Positions 19,648-29,828 of a stretch of 64,000 nt of DNA are shown piece after piece. A model generated the notes under the pieces. It worked only from the letters and a program-made list of their open reading frames with translations. It was not told where the DNA came from and did not search any database. Source of the stretch: Lewinellaceae bacterium (GTDB lineage: Bacteria > Bacteroidota > Bacteroidia > Chitinophagales > Saprospiraceae); assembly GCA_040382095.1 (NCBI GenBank), contig JBEIGB010000001.1, forward strand, positions 2,269 through 66,268, read 5' to 3'. Made by a program: the position numbers and the translations under genes. Position 1 is the stretch's first letter. Each line of letters starts with the position of its first letter.

Positions 19648-21408
19648 ATGAAACTGGCAACTTCAACGAAGGAAGGGCAACGCCGTTTTGTTCCCCTGCA
19701 TTTAGAAATTCAAAACTGGGAGAACGATCTGCTGCCTATTTATACAGACCTGCTGCAGCGGCCGATTAATCGTGCCGCAGACCTCGAGCAATGGATCGCA
19801 GATAAAAGTGAACTGGATGCCTTTCTCAGCGAAATATTCTCAAAAAAATATATCCGGCTTTCCCAAAATAATAAGGACACCGAGGCCGTCGAACGTTATC
19901 GCTTTGCTATTCAGTTCATTTATCCCAATATCACCCTCTGGGAGCAAAAACTCAACGCTAAACTGATCGCCTGCCCCTTCACCGATGAACTGCCCACCGA
20001 TACCTACGCCATATACCTCCGAATGGTCAATAATGCATGCCAAATTTTCAAAGAGCAAAATGTGCCCCTACTCACACAGGTACAACTCCAAACCAAAGAA
20101 TACGGACGTATTTTTTCTCAAATGACCATAGGCCTGGATGGTAAACAAATGACACTCCAAAAAGCAGGCTTCCTGCTCGAAGAACACGACCGAAGCAAAA
20201 GAGAAAAAGTTTACCAAAAAATAAACGAACGTATCCTCGAAGATTCTGAACACCTCGAAGACTTGTTCGACCAACTCCGCTCACAACGGCATCAATTGGC
20301 TACCAATGCAGGATTCAAAAACTTCAGGGATTTCGCCTTCCGTCAACTCAACCGATTCGACTACTCCCCTCAAGACTGTAACCATCTGCACAGTGCCATC
20401 ATCGCTGAAATCCTTCCCATACTCGACGAATTAAATGAGATCAGACGCCAAAAACTGAACCTCGATATCCTACGACCCTGGGACCTCAACGTGGACGTAA
20501 TGGGCGATAACCCCCTCAAACCTTTCGATAATACCTCCGACCTAATCGAAAAATCTATCCATTGCCTATCCGATATCCATCCACAATTCGGCGCAATCAT
20601 CTCCATGATGAAAGCTCAAAATTTACTCGATGTCGAATCAAGGCCGGGAAAAAGCCCCGGTGGGTATAATATCCCACTACAAGTGCAAAGAATGCCCTTT
20701 ATCTTTATGAATGCCACCGGATCCTTGAACGATGTCCGCACGCTGATGCACGAATCCGGCCATGCAATACACTTCTTCCTCACCCGCGATTTCAAACTGC
20801 TTAGTGCCCGCCGCTTCCCCTCCGAAGTCTCAGAACTTGCAGCCATGACTATGGAGCTCCTCGCCATGGACCACTGGAATGTCTTCTTCCCCAAACGCCA
20901 CGAACTCCTGCGCGCCAGAATTAATCAACTCGAAAACGTCCTGAAAGTCCTCCCTTGGATCGTGGCTGTTGATAAATTCCAGCACTGGCTCTACTTAAAT
21001 CCTCAACATTCCCGGACCGAACGCAAAGAGAACTGGCTCCAGATACTGCAATCCTGTTCTTCTTCTGTCGTAAACTTCACCAACCTCAACCGCTACCAGG
21101 AATTTCTCTGGCATAAACAACTCCATATCTTCGAAGCGCCTTTCTATTATATCGAATACGCTATCGCCCAATTAGGTGCTATCGCAATCTGGAAACAATA
21201 CCGCCAAAACCCGGAAAGAGCCATACATAACTATATGACAGCAATGAAAATCGGCAACACCCGGCCGATTAAAGAAGTTTATCAGGCAGCTGGAATTGAA
21301 TTTCGTTTCGACCGCGCCTACATCAGCGAACTCTCTAACTTCGCATTGCAGGAAATCCACATGCTTACCGCTCAACTCGACGAATGCCGCGAACCCGCTA
21401 TCCGCTAA
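19648..21408 (+). CDS. M3 family oligoendopeptidase (PepF-like)
   Basis: Zinc motif HESGHAIH with a downstream E (SEVSELAAM). 586 aa, overall PepF-like. Confidence 0.85.
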   Translation: MKLATSTKEGQRRFVPLHLEIQNWENDLLPIYTDLLQRPINRAADLEQWIADKSELDAFLSEIFSKKYIRLSQNNKDTEAVERYRFAIQFIYPNITLWEQKLNAKLIACPFTDELPTDTYAIYLRMVNNACQIFKEQNVPLLTQVQLQTKEYGRIFSQMTIGLDGKQMTLQKAGFLLEEHDRSKREKVYQKINERILEDSEHLEDLFDQLRSQRHQLATNAGFKNFRDFAFRQLNRFDYSPQDCNHLHSAIIAEILPILDELNEIRRQKLNLDILRPWDLNVDVMGDNPLKPFDNTSDLIEKSIHCLSDIHPQFGAIISMMKAQNLLDVESRPGKSPGGYNIPLQVQRMPFIFMNATGSLNDVRTLMHESGHAIHFFLTRDFKLLSARRFPSEVSELAAMTMELLAMDHWNVFFPKRHELLRARINQLENVLKVLPWIVAVDKFQHWLYLNPQHSRTERKENWLQILQSCSSSVVNFTNLNRYQEFLWHKQLHIFEAPFYYIEYAIAQLGAIAIWKQYRQNPERAIHNYMTAMKIGNTRPIKEVYQAAGIEFRFDRAYISELSNFALQEIHMLTAQLDECREPAIR

Positions 21409-21681
21409 AGGATGCCTGGGATTTTATGCCGCGACAACCATCTTTAAAGTGTGACCATCCCGAAAAACCTGGTGTTGTAAAAGCCCTGTGATTCTCCTTC
21501 AGCAGCTTGCACCGCCAAAAATCCTGTAGCCGGAGCTACATGACCAAAAAAAGGAAGACACTGCAAAATGAACCCTCTTTGAGCCGGTGAGAAATCCCAA
21601 ATGCGTACTATGCACAATCTTTTTCCATTGACCTGAAAAATCCGGCCAGCTACCCTATTTTTACCGGAAATTTATACCGTT

Positions 21682-22431
21682 ATGGTCAATGGAAAAAAAG
21701 TCGTTGTCGTCTTACCCGCTTACAACGCAGAGTTGACGCTCGAAAAAACCTATCGGGAAATCCCGATGGATATAGTGGACGAAATCATCTTGTGCGATGA
21801 TGCAAGTAAGGATAATACCTCACGTATCGCGCGAAGTCTTGGCATCCCTCATGTGATTGTCCATGAACAAAACAGGGGGTATGGCGGAAATCAAAAATCT
21901 CTTTACAGAAAAGCCCTTGAAATACAGGCAGATATCATTATTATGCTCCACCCAGACTATCAATACACGCCGAAATTAATCCCCGCTATGGCAAGTATTA
22001 TCGGCTCTGACCTGTATCCCGTCGTACTGGGCTCCCGTATTCTTGGCAAAGGCGCACTTGCCGGCGGTATGCCCCTTTATAAATATGTCGCCAACCGTTT
22101 CCTCACCTTCTTCCAGAACCTGCTCGTCAATTACAAACTCTCGGAATACCACACCGGATACCGCGCTTTCGACCGCAAAGTCCTCGAAAAAATCCGTTTC
22201 GAAGCCAACTCGGATGATTTTGTATTTGATAATGAAATGCTCTCCCAAATCATCTTCGCCGGCTTCCACATCGCCGAAGTCACCTGCCCGACCAAATACT
22301 TCAAAGAGGCTTCTTCTATCAATTTCCGCAGAAGCATTACCTATGGTACCGGCGTAATCCGCGTGTCCTTCATGCACCTCCTTCAGCGCCTTGGTTGGGC
22401 CAACTTTCCCATCTATACCCCTACAAAATAA
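21682..22431 (+). CDS. Family 2 glycosyltransferase (polyprenol-phosphate sugar transferase-like)
   Basis: VVVLPAYNAELTLEKT...CDDASKDNT..., a DxD-type GT-A fold signature. 249 aa. Confidence 0.85.
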   Translation: MVNGKKVVVVLPAYNAELTLEKTYREIPMDIVDEIILCDDASKDNTSRIARSLGIPHVIVHEQNRGYGGNQKSLYRKALEIQADIIIMLHPDYQYTPKLIPAMASIIGSDLYPVVLGSRILGKGALAGGMPLYKYVANRFLTFFQNLLVNYKLSEYHTGYRAFDRKVLEKIRFEANSDDFVFDNEMLSQIIFAGFHIAEVTCPTKYFKEASSINFRRSITYGTGVIRVSFMHLLQRLGWANFPIYTPTK

Positions 22432-24019
22432 TCGTCTGAATAAATGCCTGCTTATCCGGATAATCCGTGGTGTAGTGCAAGCCCCTGCTTTCCCTGCGCA
22501 TACTCGCTGAACGGGTAATCAGATAGGCAATCGTGATCAGATTCCGCAGCTCACACAATTGAGGGCTGATCGTCGTGGCATTGTACATCTCCTCCGTCTC
22601 CCGGTACAGCAAATTCAAACGATCAAGGGCACGCTGCAAGCGCACGTTAGACCGGACAATACCGACATAGTTACTCATGATTTCCTTTAACTCCTTAGTG
22701 CTCTGAGTAATCAATACCATTTCTTTGGGATCTGTCGTGCCGGCCGCATTCCATTCAGGTATATCGTTCCTCAGCAAAAAACCGCCCGCATACCCCAGAA
22801 TATGCCGCGCAATACGCTCTGCAAATACCAGCGCTTCGAGCAGAGAGTTAGAGGCAAGGCGGTTGGCACCATGAAGGCCTGAACTGGTGCACTCTCCGAC
22901 AGCATATAAACGTTTTATAGAGGTCTGACCATCCGTATCCGTTTTCACCCCACCGCAAAGGTAATGACAGGCAGGTACCACAGGGATCATCTGCTTTGCC
23001 GGATCAATGCCAATACTCACACATTTACTGTGGATCGTGGGAAAATGCGCTATAAAAGCCTCCATATCCAAATGCCGGCAATCCAAAAACATACATTCCT
23101 CGCCCCGGAGCTTCATTTCATTGTCTATGGCCCGCGCAACAATATCCCGCGGCGCCAATGAAGCACGACGGTCATATCGTTCCATGAAACTTATCCCGTC
23201 ACGGGTCTTTAATATCCCCCCAAAACCGCGTACTGCCTCCGAAATAAGAAAAACGGGATTCTCACCTGCCGGGTTAAATAATGCAGTAGGATGGAACTGT
23301 ACGAATTCCATATTCTCCGTCCATCCCTTTGCCCGATAAACCATAGCAATGCCGTCTCCGGATGCAATGACCGGGTTCGTCGTGTTCCGGTAAACCTGGC
23401 CAGCTCCGCCTGTAGCAAGAATGGTGAGCCGGGACAAAAAAGTCTCAATCCCGCCAGTCCGCTTATTCAATACATAAGCCCCGTAACATTCTATATCAGG
23501 CATCAATCGGGTCACAACATAGCCAAGATGGTGCTGCGTAATCAGGTCAACTGCAAAAAAATGCTCATGGACGATAATATTGGGAAACTGCTTGGCTTTT
23601 TCGATGAGCGTCCGCTGGATCTCCCACCCGGTTAGGTCTTTGTAGTGCAATATCCGGTTTTCTGAATGCCCGCCCTCCCGGCCAAGATCATAAAGATTAT
23701 CTTTTTTGTCAAATCGTGCCCCCCAGGAAATAATATCCCGCACCCGCTCCGGGCCCTCGGTCACAACAATATCCACCACCCCCTCGTCGCACAGCCCATC
23801 CCCGGCATCGAGGGTATCCTCTTTGTGCTTGAAAAAAGAATCGGTGGTTTCATCCCACACTGCGGCTACACCACCCTGTGCATAGCGGGTATTGCTCTCC
23901 CCTTCACTGGTCTTGGTCAATACGGTGATCTCCCAATCAGGCCGTGCTTCCGCAAGTTTGATCGCCGTTGTCAGCCCTCCTATCCCCGAACCAATAATCA
24001 ATAGGTCTGTCTTATTCAT
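22421..24019 (-). CDS. nadB: L-aspartate oxidase
   Basis: FAD-binding LIIGSGIGGLTTA, RYAQGGVAAV, and the C-terminal ESRGLHY motif. 532 aa. Confidence 0.93.
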   Translation of the reverse strand: MNKTDLLIIGSGIGGLTTAIKLAEARPDWEITVLTKTSEGESNTRYAQGGVAAVWDETTDSFFKHKEDTLDAGDGLCDEGVVDIVVTEGPERVRDIISWGARFDKKDNLYDLGREGGHSENRILHYKDLTGWEIQRTLIEKAKQFPNIIVHEHFFAVDLITQHHLGYVVTRLMPDIECYGAYVLNKRTGGIETFLSRLTILATGGAGQVYRNTTNPVIASGDGIAMVYRAKGWTENMEFVQFHPTALFNPAGENPVFLISEAVRGFGGILKTRDGISFMERYDRRASLAPRDIVARAIDNEMKLRGEECMFLDCRHLDMEAFIAHFPTIHSKCVSIGIDPAKQMIPVVPACHYLCGGVKTDTDGQTSIKRLYAVGECTSSGLHGANRLASNSLLEALVFAERIARHILGYAGGFLLRNDIPEWNAAGTTDPKEMVLITQSTKELKEIMSNYVGIVRSNVRLQRALDRLNLLYRETEEMYNATTISPQLCELRNLITIAYLITRSASMRRESRGLHYTTDYPDKQAFIQTIIL

Positions 24020-24373
24020 CCCTCTGTGTTCATTAATTTACGTAAATATAACCGCTGAACCAATCCTTTATGTTTTATTCTTATATTTTTATCTTTCCCC
24101 GTTTATCACGGACCATCCTGCATTCCCCATCAGGTACTTTGTCATAAAAATCTTTTTAGAAAAAGGATTCCACAGCAAACCCCAATAATCGCAGCATAAA
24201 ATTTGGGTTTTTATACCCTTGCGATACTTTTTTTGCCATCAATTCGCCGCCGTTCTTCAGTCCGATTGAAACAAGACGGGTAAAAAATCCTAATTATTTG
24301 GCTATCAAGTGCTCGAGACTGGCGTTACCTTGAAAAAAAGTTAATTTCCTTTTCTTAAACGCGCTAAAGATTT

Positions 24374-24381
24374 TACCTTTG
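24374..24381 (+). promoter_or_regulatory. Bacteroidota-type -7 promoter element TAnnTTTG (TACCTTTG) upstream of the atp operon
   Basis: TACCTTTGCACC lies 39 nt upstream of the atpB ATG at 24420. Confidence 0.35.
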
Positions 24382-24419
24382 CACCGGCTTAGAAAAAACT
24401 AAATATTGAAAGGATTTTT

Positions 24420-25556
24420 ATGAAAATTCGCGCCACTTTTATCATCGCTGCCCTGCTCGTCTTTTGTGTTTCCCATGCTCGCGCAGGTCAGGAATCCCAT
24501 GAAGAAAAACCATATTTCGAATACGTTATCGAACACATCTCGGACGCCAACGAGTTCCACGTCTTCGGCGATGTCCATATACCATTGCCCTGCATCCTCT
24601 ATGCCAAAGACCGCGGCCTCGATGTGTTTATGTCCAGTGCCTTCGAACATGGCCACAAAGTCGTCAATGGCTATGTACTCGACCACGGGGATGTAAAACG
24701 CATCAAAGGATGGTCAGAAAATATGGGGGTCCACCACATCGAACGTACAGGTGAAGAAGAAGGCAGTGAGGCCCGTTTCGCCTTCAGCGACGGAAAAGCC
24801 TATGAACTGGAAAGCCCAGGTCATTTCCTCCAACCCACTTCGTGGATCGATTTCTCCATTACCAAAAACGTCTTCACGATGTTACTGGCCTCGCTGATCC
24901 TCTTTGTCATTTTCTTCAGCGTGCGCAAATCTTATGAACAGCGGGACGGCCAGTCCCCGAAGGGACTCCAGTCTTTCATCGAGCCGATTTTCACTTTCAT
25001 CAGGGACGAAGTAGTGAAACCGAATATCGGCCATCACTACGAAAAATATATGCCGTTCGTAATGTCCCTGTTCTTCTTTGTGCTCATTTGCAACCTATTA
25101 GGCCTCATTCCCTTTTTCCCCGGTAGCGCCAATGTCACCGGCAACCTCGCAACAACTGCCGCGCTGGCTTTCTTTACCCTCATCATCGTAACGATCAGCG
25201 GCAACCGCCACTATTGGCAGCACATCTTCTGGATGCCCGGCGTGCCCGTACCAATCCGCTTTATGCTCGCCCCAATAGAATTCGCAGGGGTATTCATCAA
25301 GCCTTTCACTCTGCTTATCCGTCTTTTTGCCAATATCACAGCAGGTCACGTCATTATCCTTTGCCTCGTCGGTATGGTCTTTATCCTGGGCGATAATGGC
25401 AAAAACCTGGGCGGAGTCATTAGCGGAAGCTTCCTGACCGTCGCTTTCGTCTTCATTATGAATCTCCTGGAACTCTTTGTAGCCTTCCTCCAGGCTTTTA
25501 TCTTCGCGCTGCTGACTTCGCTCTACATCGGCGCAGCTATCGAAGAACACCACTAA
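24420..25556 (+). CDS. atpB: F0F1 ATP synthase subunit a
   Basis: The C-terminal half carries conserved LLIRLFANITAGH (essential Arg). It is multi-pass and first in the a-c-b-delta-alpha-gamma gene order. Confidence 0.93.
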   Translation: MKIRATFIIAALLVFCVSHARAGQESHEEKPYFEYVIEHISDANEFHVFGDVHIPLPCILYAKDRGLDVFMSSAFEHGHKVVNGYVLDHGDVKRIKGWSENMGVHHIERTGEEEGSEARFAFSDGKAYELESPGHFLQPTSWIDFSITKNVFTMLLASLILFVIFFSVRKSYEQRDGQSPKGLQSFIEPIFTFIRDEVVKPNIGHHYEKYMPFVMSLFFFVLICNLLGLIPFFPGSANVTGNLATTAALAFFTLIIVTISGNRHYWQHIFWMPGVPVPIRFMLAPIEFAGVFIKPFTLLIRLFANITAGHVIILCLVGMVFILGDNGKNLGGVISGSFLTVAFVFIMNLLELFVAFLQAFIFALLTSLYIGAAIEEHH

Positions 25557-25587
25557 ACCCGATATGCTCGAACATTTTTTAACTTAA

Positions 25588-25806
<219 letters not shown>

Positions 25807-25837
25807 AAGCCGCCCTCCGGGCAAAAAAAGTGAAGCC

Positions 25838-25860
25838 GCGGCCTGCGGTTGGCAGGCCGC
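25838..25860 (+). promoter_or_regulatory. GC-rich intra-operon hairpin between atpE and atpF
   Basis: GCGGCCTGC-GGTTG-GCAGGCCGC is a perfect 9-bp stem located 32 nt after the atpE stop. No U-tract follows. It sits in an unusually long 136-nt atpE-atpF spacer. Confidence 0.4.
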
Positions 25861-25942
25861 CCGCTCCTTGCACTAAAATACCCGGGCAGATATGCCCCCG
25901 CACCTATAATATTTTAATCATTTATATAAAGTCATCTGCATC

Positions 25943-26461
25943 ATGGCCTTCTTATTTGGTTCGACTTTCTCACCGATTCTCCCGGATTTTGGGATATTCT
26001 TCTGGACTACCCTCATCTTCTTTATCGTATGGAGTGTATTGGCCCGCTTCGCGTTTAAACCTATCCAAAAAATGCTCAAAAAACGGGAAGAAGATATCCA
26101 AAATTCCCTCGACGAAGCAAAACGCGCCCGCGATGAAATGGCCAAGCTGCAGGCGCATAACGAACAGCTTCTGAAAGAAGCACAGGAAGAGCGCTCAAGG
26201 ATACTGAAAGAAGCAAAAGAAGCAGGAGAAAATATTGTAAAAACCGCAAAGGAATCGGCCAAAGAAGAAGCCCGCAATATCGTCGTCGCAGCCAAAAAAG
26301 ATATTGAGCTCATGAAACTCGAAGTCATGACCAATATCAAAAACGAAGTGGGCGCCATGGCAATTTCTGTCGCCGAAAAAATACTGGCGCGTGAACTCCA
26401 GGATAAATCCTCGCAGGAAGCCCTGGTTCAGAAATTAGTAGATGATTTCAAGCTCAATTAA
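25943..26461 (+). CDS. atpF: F0F1 ATP synthase subunit b
   Basis: An N-terminal TM helix (FFWTTLIFFIVWSVLARFAFKPI) followed by a long charged helix. Position in the operon also fits. Confidence 0.9.
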   Translation: MAFLFGSTFSPILPDFGIFFWTTLIFFIVWSVLARFAFKPIQKMLKKREEDIQNSLDEAKRARDEMAKLQAHNEQLLKEAQEERSRILKEAKEAGENIVKTAKESAKEEARNIVVAAKKDIELMKLEVMTNIKNEVGAMAISVAEKILARELQDKSSQEALVQKLVDDFKLN

Positions 26462-26487
26462 TTTCCCTGAACCCAAAACTGTAACGT

Positions 26488-27060
26488 ATGTCCGTTAAAA
26501 AAGTCGCATCCAGATACGCGAAGTCCTTACTCGACCTCGCCGTGGAATCCAATAAACTGGAAAGTGTAAAAGGGGATATGGATGGCCTGCTCGCTCTGGT
26601 CCGCGAAAACAGGGAATTCAAAACTTTCCTCAAAAGCCCCGTAATTCAATTTACCAAAAAAAAGGCAATCCTGGAGCAGCTGTTCACCGGCAAACTGGAT
26701 GAGCTTACTCTAAAATTCATCCTGCTGCTTGCAGGTAAACAGCGCGAAGCAATCCTCATCGAGGTCATCGCCGCCTTTCTCGACCAATACAGACAACTCA
26801 AACATATCTCCATCGTAAAAATCATCTCCGCCACACCCCTGCCAAAAGAACAAATAGAACAACTCAGGCATAAACTCGAAGCCAGTGCAATCGGCTTCGA
26901 AAATGCGGAGGTAATCACCGTTGTAGATCCAAAGCTGATGGGAGGCTATATCCTCGAAGTCGAAGGAAATGTGTATGATGCCAGCGTCCGCCATAAACTG
27001 GACAATCTCAAAAAAGAATTCAAAATCAACTTGTACGAATCCAAAATCGAAGCCCGTTAA
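26488..27060 (+). CDS. atpH: F0F1 ATP synthase subunit delta
   Basis: Sequence VASRYAKSLLDLAVE...GGYILEVEGNVYDASVRHKL. 190 aa, between b and alpha. Confidence 0.9.
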   Translation: MSVKKVASRYAKSLLDLAVESNKLESVKGDMDGLLALVRENREFKTFLKSPVIQFTKKKAILEQLFTGKLDELTLKFILLLAGKQREAILIEVIAAFLDQYRQLKHISIVKIISATPLPKEQIEQLRHKLEASAIGFENAEVITVVDPKLMGGYILEVEGNVYDASVRHKLDNLKKEFKINLYESKIEAR

Positions 27061-27145
27061 CCCTGTGGTCTTCCAGCTGTACTAATTTATTCTGCCTCTA
27101 AAACTTGATTCATCCTGCTCCGCAAGGGCACAAAAATTATCGAAT

Positions 27146-28750
27146 ATGATTGATGTAAGACCTGAAGAAATATCTCAGATTCTCAAACAGCAAATTTCCG
27201 GCTTCAACAATACAGCCGAATTGGAAGAATACGGCACCGTCCTCCAGGTTGGCGACGGTATCGCCCGTGTGTATGGCCTCAATAATGCACAATCCGGCGA
27301 GCTCGTTGAATTTGAAACTGGTGTGCAGGCAATCGTACTCAACCTCGAGGAAGATAATGTCGGCGTCGTCTTAATGGGTGCCAGTGATAATATCCGCGAA
27401 GGCTCCCGCGTACACCGCACCGGACGTATCGCCTCTATCGAAGTTGGCGAAGGCTTCATCGGCCGTGTCGTCAATCCGCTCGGCCAACCTATTGATGGCC
27501 GCGGCCCTATCGCAGGGGAAAAATTCGAAATGCCCCTCGAACGCAAAGCACCTGGCGTTATCTTCCGCCAGCCGGTATCCGAGCCACTCCAAACCGGAAT
27601 CAAGGCAATTGATGCCATGATCCCTATTGGCCGTGGTCAACGCGAACTTATCATCGGTGACCGCCAAACCGGAAAAACCGCAATCGCCCTCGATACCATT
27701 ATCAATCAAAAAGAGTTTTTCGAGGCTGGTAAGCCTGTTTATTGTATCTATGTGGCTTGTGGCCAAAAGGCATCCACCGTGGCACAGGTTGCTAAAATCC
27801 TGCAGGACAACGGCGCAATGGATTATACAGTGATTGTCTCTGCATCTGCATCCGACCCTGCGCCCATACAATTCTTCGCACCCTTCGCCGGGGCTTGTAT
27901 CGGTGAATTCTTCCGCGATACTGGCCGCCCCGCGTTGATTATCTATGATGACCTCTCCAAACAGGCCGTCGCATACCGCGAAGTCTCCCTCCTGCTCCGC
28001 CGCCCTCCTGGCCGCGAAGCATACCCCGGCGACGTATTCTACCTGCACTCCCGACTACTGGAACGTGCAGCTAAAGTCATCGCCAATGACGAAATTGCAC
28101 GAAATATGAACGACCTCCCGGCTTCCCTGATCGCAGCCAAAGACAGCAATGGCAACCCACTGGTCAAAGGGGGAGGCTCGCTGACGGCGCTGCCTATCAT
28201 CGAAACCCAGGCAGGTGACGTGTCCGCTTATATCCCGACAAACGTGATCTCTATCACCGATGGGCAAATATTCCTCGAATCCAACCTTTTCAACGCAGGG
28301 ATCCGCCCAGCAATTAACGTCGGTATCTCCGTCTCCCGTGTCGGAGGCGCCGCTCAAATCAAATCTATGAAAAAAGTGGCCGGTACACTCAAACTCGACC
28401 AGGCCCAATACCGCGAACTGGAAGCTTTCTCTAAATTCGGCTCCGATCTCGATGCCGCTACTATGGCCGTTCTGGAAAAAGGAAAACGCAACGTGGAAAT
28501 CCTCAAACAGCCACAGTATGCCCCCGTTTCCGTCGAAAAACAAGTAGCCATCATCTTCCTCGGTACCAATGGCCTCCTTAGGGATGTCCCGGTCAACCAT
28601 ATCCACGATTTCGAAATGGTGTTCCTCACCACCCTGGAACAACGATACCCGGAAATCCTCGAAAACTTCAAGGCCGGCAAACTGGAAAAAGAGGATACCG
28701 ACCGCATGCGCGCACTCGCTTCCGAATTGGCAAAACAATACAAAAAGTAG
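27146..28750 (+). CDS. atpA: F0F1 ATP synthase subunit alpha
   Basis: Walker [20 protein letters not shown], and [21 protein letters not shown]. Confidence 0.97.
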   Translation: MIDVRPEEISQILKQQISGFNNTAELEEYGTVLQVGDGIARVYGLNNAQSGELVEFETGVQAIVLNLEEDNVGVVLMGASDNIREGSRVHRTGRIASIEVGEGFIGRVVNPLGQPIDGRGPIAGEKFEMPLERKAPGVIFRQPVSEPLQTGIKAIDAMIPIGRGQRELIIGDRQTGKTAIALDTIINQKEFFEAGKPVYCIYVACGQKASTVAQVAKILQDNGAMDYTVIVSASASDPAPIQFFAPFAGACIGEFFRDTGRPALIIYDDLSKQAVAYREVSLLLRRPPGREAYPGDVFYLHSRLLERAAKVIANDEIARNMNDLPASLIAAKDSNGNPLVKGGGSLTALPIIETQAGDVSAYIPTNVISITDGQIFLESNLFNAGIRPAINVGISVSRVGGAAQIKSMKKVAGTLKLDQAQYRELEAFSKFGSDLDAATMAVLEKGKRNVEILKQPQYAPVSVEKQVAIIFLGTNGLLRDVPVNHIHDFEMVFLTTLEQRYPEILENFKAGKLEKEDTDRMRALASELAKQYKK

Positions 28751-28844
28751 TGCTGCCCCCCAACAGTCACTACTAAAGTAAACCTATGCTACGTCTTTTT
28801 TATAGATATTTCCATGCGCGCCGCGCATACAATAATTCTTGCTT

Positions 28845-29744
28845 ATGCCAGGGAATTTAAAAGAAGTCAGGGAACGCATCCGCTCGGTAGTCAATACCCA
28901 GCAAATTACGAAAGCTATGAAAATGGTCTCGGCCGCAAAGTTGCGCCGCGCCCAGCAAGCTATTCAACAAATGCGCCCTTATTCCGACAAACTAAACGGG
29001 ATGCTGCGCAATATCCTGTCCAACCTCGAAGGGGATGTCGCTTCCGTCTTTAGCCAGGAACGCCCCGTCGAACGGGTGTGTATCGTAGTGGTCACTTCGA
29101 ACCGCGGTCTTTGTGGAGCTTTCAACTCCAATGTTCAAAAAGCAGCGGTTGCGGCAATCGAACATAAATACGCTGCCCAAAGGGCCAAAGGAAACCTCGA
29201 AATCCTTTGCATCGGTAAGCGTGGTTATGAATTCTTCCGCAAACGATACCCGGATTGCAAAATCCATGGCGAATATGCCCTGCTCTTTAATAACCTGAGC
29301 TTCGAATCGGTATCCGAGGTATCACAGCTACTTATGGATGGGTTCCTGTCCAAAACTTTCGACCGCGTGGACGTCGCTTATGGAAGATTCAAAAATGCCG
29401 GTGTCCAGATCGCAGAACTGGAGCAGTTCCTCCCGGTTCCAAAACTGGCTTCCCAGGGGAAATCCTCTGGCCTGCGTGCCGATTATATCTTCGAACCGGA
29501 TAAAGCCCAACTGCTCGAATACCTCATACCGAGTATCCTCAAAACACAGTTCTTTAAGTTCAATCTCGATACCCAGGCTTCTGAGCACGGCGCACGTATG
29601 ACCGCAATGGACAAAGCGACAGAAAATGCCAGTGATTTGCTCCGCGACCTCCGGCTCAGCTACAACAAAGCCCGACAGGAAACCATCACCAAGGAAATAC
29701 TGGAAATTGTCGGTGGCGCAGCAGCCCTATCCGGCGGCGAATAA
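28845..29744 (+). CDS. atpG: F0F1 ATP synthase subunit gamma
   Basis: MPGNLKEVRERIRSVVNTQQITKAMKMVSAAKLRRAQ... with C-terminal ITKEILEIVGGAAAL. Start trimmed to the ATG at 28845. Confidence 0.95.
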   Translation: MPGNLKEVRERIRSVVNTQQITKAMKMVSAAKLRRAQQAIQQMRPYSDKLNGMLRNILSNLEGDVASVFSQERPVERVCIVVVTSNRGLCGAFNSNVQKAAVAAIEHKYAAQRAKGNLEILCIGKRGYEFFRKRYPDCKIHGEYALLFNNLSFESVSEVSQLLMDGFLSKTFDRVDVAYGRFKNAGVQIAELEQFLPVPKLASQGKSSGLRADYIFEPDKAQLLEYLIPSILKTQFFKFNLDTQASEHGARMTAMDKATENASDLLRDLRLSYNKARQETITKEILEIVGGAAALSGGE

Positions 29745-29749
29745 AAATA

Positions 29750-29809
29750 TTTTGAAAGCGCTGCTTTTTGGTCTTAACTTCGCAGGATCAAAAAACAGCG
29801 CTTTCAAAA
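29750..29809. repeat. Long inverted repeat (about 21-bp stem with 1 mismatch, 18-nt loop) between atpG and the next gene
   Basis: TTTTGAAAGCGCTG (29750-29763) is the perfect reverse complement of CAGCGCTTTCAAAA (29796-29809). Pairing extends through CTTTTTG / CAAAAAA. No downstream U-tract on the + strand. Confidence 0.5.
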
Positions 29810-29828
29810 ATGCGCCCAAATTATCGCC

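Noticed and set aside
25830-26358. ORFs 25830..26174 (+) and 25918..26358 (-) in the atpE-atpF region.
   Set aside because: They overlap the well-supported atpF frame (25943..26461) and have Ser/Pro/Arg-rich unnatural composition.
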